Assembly: GCA_951406725.2 (NCBI GenBank)
Contig: OX597837.1
Coordinates: 14,136,001-14,200,000 of the forward strand
Reading direction: 5' to 3'
Origin: Octopus vulgaris
Taxonomy: Eukaryota
Length of the DNA: 64,000 nucleotides
Below are positions 57,863-64,000 of this stretch, piece by piece. The notes below the pieces were generated by a model. It did no database searches. It was not told the DNA's origin and was given only the letters and a program-made list of their open reading frames with translations. The position numbers were made by a program, and so were the translations under genes. The number at the start of each line of letters is the position of its first letter. The first letter of the stretch is position 1.

Positions 57863-58081
57863 CTAATTTCGTTAAACTTATTTCTTCATTTCCTTCATCA
57901 TCGTTTTCGGATTTCCCTTCTCGAATGGTCGCCACTGAACTGGTCGGTTCAGTCCCAGGTTTGTCACCGGAAGAATCAAAGCCATCATTTTTGTCAAGCA
58001 ACGGGTATTTGTCTTTGGGTTGCGGCACTACGACGCCATCTTCATGACACTCGACGATGACGTAATCCTCTTTTTCCATCG
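57863..58081 (-). CDS. Receptor gene, exon C: end of CUB-like region plus acidic/Pro/Ser stalk
   Basis: Acceptor tttctgttcag| and donor ttag|gtaaaa; 219 nt, phase 1-1; AMEKEDYVIVECHEDGVVVPQPK...EISLTKL. Confidence 0.85.
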
Positions 58082-58397
58082 CTGAACAGAAATAAATTAA
58101 TAAATGTACTGATAACAGGTAAAAATCAAGGAAATAAGGATCTGGTTTTTGTTTTAGACAATTGTTCTTTTATCTTTTTATTTGTTTCAGTCATTTGACT
58201 GGGGCCATGCTAGAGCATCGCCTTTAGTCGAACAAATCGAGCCCAGGACTTATTCTTTGTAAGCCTAGTACTTATTCTATTGGTGTCTTTTGTCGAACCG
58301 ATAAGTTATGGGGGCGTAAACACACCAGCATCGGTTGTCAAGCGATGGCTGGGTGTCTTTCACTATTGAATTGCTTAATAGAGGTTATTTCTCTTAA

Positions 58398-58428
<31 letters not shown>

Positions 58429-58448
58429 CATACATACATACATACATA

Positions 58449-58845
58449 GGCGCAGGAGTGGCTGTGTGGTAAGTAGCCTGCTTACCAATCACACTGTTCT
58501 GGGTTCAGTCCCACTGCGTGGCACCTTGGGAAAGTGTCTTCTACTATAGCCTCGGGCCGACCAAAGCCTTGTGAGTGGATTTGGTAGACGGAAACTGAAA
58601 GAAGCCTGTCGTATATATATATATATGTATATATATGTGTGTGTGTGTTTGTGTGTCTGTGTTTGTCCCCCCAACATCGCTTGACAACCGATGCTGGTAT
58701 GTTTACGTCCCCGTTACTTAGCGGTTCGGCTAAAGAGACCGATAGAATAAGTACTAGGCTTACAAAGAATAAGACCTGGGGTCGATTTGCTCGACTAAAA
58801 GGCAGTGCTCCAGCATGGCCGCAGTCAAATGACTGAAACAAGTAA
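58449..58845 (+). mobile_element. Full-length tRNA/CORE-like SINE, family 2, with internal microsatellite
   Basis: GGCGCAGGAGTGGCTGTGTGGTAAG..GGGTTCAGTCCC..CCTTGGG.AAGTG..; other copies or fragments at 2275-2370, 11650-11737, 12380-12540, 25447-25580, 28630-28790, 58172-58348, 61385-62002 and 62975-63125. Confidence 0.9.
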
Positions 58846-59268
58846 ATATACATATATATATATCGAGAAAAACATGTTTTAAATCTCTGAGCGGGAGAAA
58901 TACAGTAACAGTACCGGATAGTAATGTTTCTATGGTAACATAACGTGGCAGTTCTAGAAACGACGACGTTACTGTTATTTTAGCCCCAGGCAAACATCTT
59001 TTCCAGCTGACTCACGACAGACAGTCTGTGTCCATATATAGCATTTGCAAGGGAGATCATGGTTTCCATCTCTAGTCTTACAACAGTAGCATCGTCCTTT
59101 ACAGGACTGCCACGTTACGTTGGCACATAGATCTACTCACATGGCTTTAGTCGGTCCAAGGTACCACGAAGTGGGCCTGAACCCGAAGTTATGCCAACAA
59201 GAAGCAAACCTCTTTACCACACAGACACACAGACAAAACTATACAGATATGTGCAGAAGGCAACTTAC

Positions 59269-59634
59269 CTCTGGCTTGCAACCAAACATAGCCTCGAGAG
59301 TCTTCTGACAGACTGTAAAGCGTTACTGTCAAATTGTTGGCTCCTTTCTGGTAAATTGTACGGAAACCGTAAAGACCTTTATAGCCACAACCAATCTGAA
59401 TTTCTTCGCCATGGACATCCGAAATCTTCAAACCTTTCTGACATACCGATTCGCTACTGGAGCTTATTGTAATGTCCACAGCATGGAGGGTAACTCTGCT
59501 GCCAAACCCTGAATAGACTTGGCAGTGGCACTCGTGGACGCCACCCGTAATGGATTCCGGGTAGTTCTTGTTTCCGATGAAAACCGTTTTTCCTCTCTTT
59601 TTACCGGAACTGCAGAATGGGATGATGTTGCTTT
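59269..59634 (-). CDS. Receptor gene, exon B: CUB-like domain
   Basis: Acceptor ttattgtcttccacag| and donor agag|gtaagt; 366 nt, phase 1-1. FC...FIGNKNYP...ECHCQV...VTLHAVDI...C..GLKISD...C...LTVTL...GYVWL resembles the CUB pattern (SPNYP-C-W-I ... C..D.L.I.D ... GF). Confidence 0.85.
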
Positions 59635-59719
59635 CTGTGGAAGACAATAAGAGACAATATCACTGAAAAGTGTACGGAGCGGGGGAGAGGGGGAAGGGGG
59701 ACTGTACTCATACAAGAAC

Positions 59720-59756
<37 letters not shown>

Positions 59757-59884
59757 AATAACACACACAAATACACACACACATATACGCACATGCTAGC
59801 TGTGTCGAAACAATTGTAGTGATTAATAATAAAAATTCTCGTATCTTCCATATTCTGCCTCTCATTTACCATATATATGTGCGT

Positions 59885-59986
<102 letters not shown>

Positions 59987-60299
59987 ACACACACGCACAC
60001 GCACATTATCGATCGAGCTCATTTTCACTTGAGTTTATTAACTTAGATTTGATGTTGACAATACAGTTGTATTTATGATTCTTATATGTAACGTATGTTC
60101 CCTTGTAACACTTCAGTCGTTCCAATTATTGCTAGCGTGATGCTCAGGGTTCCAAATAAAGAAATATTCAGGTTTTCATAAAGAATAAACAATCCGAGTA
60201 CATTTTCCCCCATTGTTAAAATAACAATCCACCCGTCCATTATACATACATACATACATACATACATACATACATACATACATACATACATACATACAT

Positions 60300-60334
<35 letters not shown>

Positions 60335-60895
60335 TACATACATACACACACACATACATACATACATACATACATACATACACACACACATAGATTCATA
60401 CATACATACATACATACACACATACATACATACATACATACATACATACATTCATACATACATACACACATACATACATACATACATGCATACACACATA
60501 CATACATACATACATATATACATATATACATACATACTTGCATACATATATACATACATACATACAAACACACACACACACACACACAAATATATATATA
60601 TAGTGTACCGTTCCATTATCCGTAGAATCAGCAAAAAAGTATTCCATCTGACAGGAGATGAATATCATTTAATAAATACAGGTTTTAGATATGTGTGTGT
60701 GTGTGTGAGTGTGTATATGTGTGTGTGTGTAATGATAATAAAAGATGTGTATATAATATATATTTATTTATATATACGTTTACGTATACATAAATGAATA
60801 TATAGGTGTATACGAGTGAGTGTGTGTATCTACATATATTATGTTTATTTATATATGTATATGTACGTATATGTGTGTAAAAATGCATGTATAGC

Positions 60896-60950
<55 letters not shown>

Positions 60951-61618
60951 CGAGAAAGAGATAGAGACAGACAGACAGAAAGAGGGAGAGAGAAAGAGAG
61001 AGAGAGTAGACATTAAACCTCGTTCTATATTTATCTCCACCTACATTTTGAAACTAAAGAAATAAGATTATTTTAATTAAACATCGTTTGTGATTATTTA
61101 TCTTCAGAAACAGACGACAAGAGTACAACTTATCAAAGTATGGCAGCAGATAAAAAAAAACTGATGCAAAAAATATACATCTTTTACTCACATGACTGGT
61201 GTACAACACACACACGCACACACACACACACACACACGCACACACACACACACACACACAGAGGAAAAATTAAAAGATAAACTTAAGATTAGTTCGTCAA
61301 ATGACTGATAAGAACTGGTCGGTTAAGTATTGCATATTGTAACACGTGACCCACATATATATTCTTTTATTCTTTTATTCTTTTATTCTTTTATTTGTTT
61401 CAGTCATTTCGAGGCGGCCATTTTAATACGCCTTTAGTCGAACGAATCGACTCCAGGACTTATTCTTTGTAAGCCTGGTACTTATTCTATCGGTGTCTTT
61501 TGTCGAACTGCTAAGTTACGTGGACGTAAACACACCGACATCGCTTGTCAAACGATGGTGGCGGGGACAAACACAGAGACACATATATATACGTAAATAT
61601 ATATGTATATATATATAC

Positions 61619-61678
<60 letters not shown>

Positions 61679-61688
61679 ATATATATAT

Positions 61689-61737
<49 letters not shown>

Positions 61738-62918
61738 AAAGGGACAACAAAACATCCAGATAGACGATACAAAAAAAAAAACAAGGACGTGTCATTCGAA
61801 GCCTTTTATCCTCAGTCAAGTACCGAATCATTCTCGCAATTTCGGGGCTTCTTTCAGATTCCCTCAATCAAATCCACTCACAAGGCTTTGGCTGGCCCGA
61901 GGCTACAGTAGAAGACACTTGACCAAGATGCGAAGTAGTGGGACTGAACCCGGAGTCATGTGGCTAGAAAGCAAGCTTCTAACTACACGGCCGCGCCTGC
62001 GCATATATACTAACCAGTATTTTCACTGGATTTTAATATCCCTTAATGAGGTTTATAACCTTTATTTGAATACACACACACACACACGATCAGAGAGTTC
62101 AGCACTCCCACCTAGCACAAAACGATATCTGTGGGCTAGTTTCTGGGTTATTCCCCTTTTTTACTTTCCCAGTATTTATCGATATAATAAGAAACAAGAT
62201 ACGTGACACTCGCAACGTCCTTATTTCCGTATTCTTTTCCCCATCAGCCTGCGCATCATAAACACAGACGAGTGTTTTTTTGAAATGCAGCGTGTATAAT
62301 CTAGAGTCAAGCATATATTTCCGTCAGAATAGCTTCTCACTTGACAAATACTATTGCAGAGGTAAAAAAAGGAAGGGAAACACTGGAATGGACTGACCGT
62401 GTAACATAAGTAGGACGAAATATAGACGTATATTGCTGTCGTTCTGCCAAGCCTCCAAAACATTAAAAAAAAATGGGTCTCTCGGATCCGTGAGGACACA
62501 AGGCTTATCGATCACAACAGCGAATATGTAGAGCATATGACTGAAGCGAGTGGTAGAAGTCCAGCCGACAGAGGGAGATGAGGGGGGGGGGGGCAAATAT
62601 TTGGAAGAGACTGGGCAACGAAGAATAAGAATTATATATATGTAAACACACACGCACACACGCACACACACACACACATACACACACACACACACACATA
62701 CATATATTGGTAGTGTTTTTAAGGTCTCGACACTTCAAGCATGCAGAGAGATAGGTCGTTTTCGCCCTTGGGCCCTTAATATAGTTATATACATATGTAT
62801 ATTATTAATTTAATGTATAAATTGCCTATAAATTTTTATATCATGCTGAGTACGTGATAAAAATGATTAATGTGATTTTATCCTTATATTCTATCATGAA
62901 TTAATATATATATATATG

Positions 62919-62964
<46 letters not shown>

Positions 62965-63173
62965 TGTGCGTGTGTGTGTCTTTGTGTTTGTCCCTCCGCC
63001 ATCGTTTGACAACCGATATTGGTGTGTTAATGTCTCCGAAACATAGCGGTTCGGCAAAAGGGATCGATAGAATAAGTACTAGGTTTACAAAGAATAAGTC
63101 CTGGAGTCGATTTGTTCGACGGAAACGTGTAAAAGAGTAAAAAAGTAAAAGAGTATATATACAGAGGGAGAGA

Positions 63174-63226
<53 letters not shown>

Positions 63227-63290
63227 GAGAGCGGGAGATTGATAGAGGAGTCAAGGAGAAATGCTTTGTTCTACAAGAACGGTTCCTCAC

Positions 63291-63644
63291 CTTGGACACA
63301 ATGGTAAACAACCTGTTGGTAATGAGTTTCTTGGTTTGGTTTCGAACATGTAGACAAACTCTTCACAGCAGCAACTTTCCGATCGCAGGTTCGATACCCA
63401 GAGCAATATATTGTGTAGTTAGAATACTGAGAAGCGTCTAACACGATACAGTCTTGCGGTCCACCCCGGCAACACATGGGTAGGCGTCCGGTCGTTATCA
63501 ACGATCGGTTGTTACAAACAGCATTTGGCTTAATCCCATAATACAAGCGTTTGATGGCGATTTTGTGGTAATATGGACAAGTGATGACTAGTTTGTGATG
63601 GGAACACACTGTTTTATACAGACTCTCCATCTCTGTTTGAACTC
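63291..63644 (-). CDS. Receptor gene, exon A (first in window): SUEL/Gal-lectin-like domain
   Basis: Acceptor tttaatgtcttttcag| and donor caag|gtgagg; 354 nt, phase 1-1. (G)VQTEMESLYKTVCSHHKLVITCPYYHKIAIKRLYYG..C..CC..C..CSGYRTC..C..YQQVVYHCVQ fits the SUEL pattern C..L.I.CP...I.I...YG...C.G...C...Y..V.Y.C. Confidence 0.85.
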
Positions 63645-63747
63645 CTGAAAAGACATTAAAAAAAAGATTTAGCGGATTTTATAAAATCTAACGAACATGG
63701 TTACGGTATAAGCTTTTGGTTAATTTTGTCCAATGAAGAATTGTGAA

Positions 63748-64000
63748 GGCAAGCGGCTTAGTGGTCAGGGCTTTCGGATCACGATTGTAAAGTCATGCGT
63801 TCAATTCCTGGTAGTGCATTGAGTTCTTGAGCAAGACACTTTATTTCATGTTGCTCCAGTCCACTCAGCTGGCAAAAATGAGTTGTACCAGTAATTCAAA
63901 GGGAGCCTGCCTTGTCACACTCTGTGTCACGCTGAATCTCCCTGAGAATTATGTTAAGGGTACACGTGTCACGTTAATTTCACGAGCAGGCAGTTCTGTT
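63748..64000 (+). mobile_element. CORE-like SINE, family 3 (runs off window)
   Basis: A box GGCTTAGTGG, B box GTTCAATTCC, CTTGAGCAAGACACTTTA..CCACTCAGCTG..AAATGAGT. Confidence 0.8.

Overview
Eukaryotic, AT-rich and extremely microsatellite-dense DNA. Its SINE, MITE and simple-repeat content looks like a coleoid cephalopod (Octopus-type) genome; this is an inference. Most of the ORF track is simple-repeat noise. Well supported: the last five coding exons (63644->55875, minus strand, all GT-AG and frame-consistent, about 661 aa) of a single-pass membrane protein. It has a SUEL/Gal-lectin-like domain, a CUB-like domain, a linker, a TM helix and a 320-aa Tyr/Pro-motif-rich tail; its 5' end lies beyond the window. 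A probable second minus-strand gene ends at 5333 (exons 8265-8059, a 13-nt microexon at 7845-7833, and 5538-5333) and may encode a divergent CobW_C-like domain. The rest is mobile DNA: several tRNA-derived SINE families, RTE/CR1/Tx1/R4-like LINE fragments, mariner and hAT derivatives, HINE/DINE-1-like elements and palindromic MITEs. The most interesting signals are: (i) a microsatellite-embedded element family carrying minimal hammerhead-ribozyme-like motifs with covarying stems but non-canonical cores; (ii) a SINE that forms head-to-tail multimers through the same junction at three loci, including a 5x184-bp array; (iii) the receptor architecture; (iv) an RTE fragment with twin-priming-like inversion geometry. 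All assignments were made by eye; no database searches were run.
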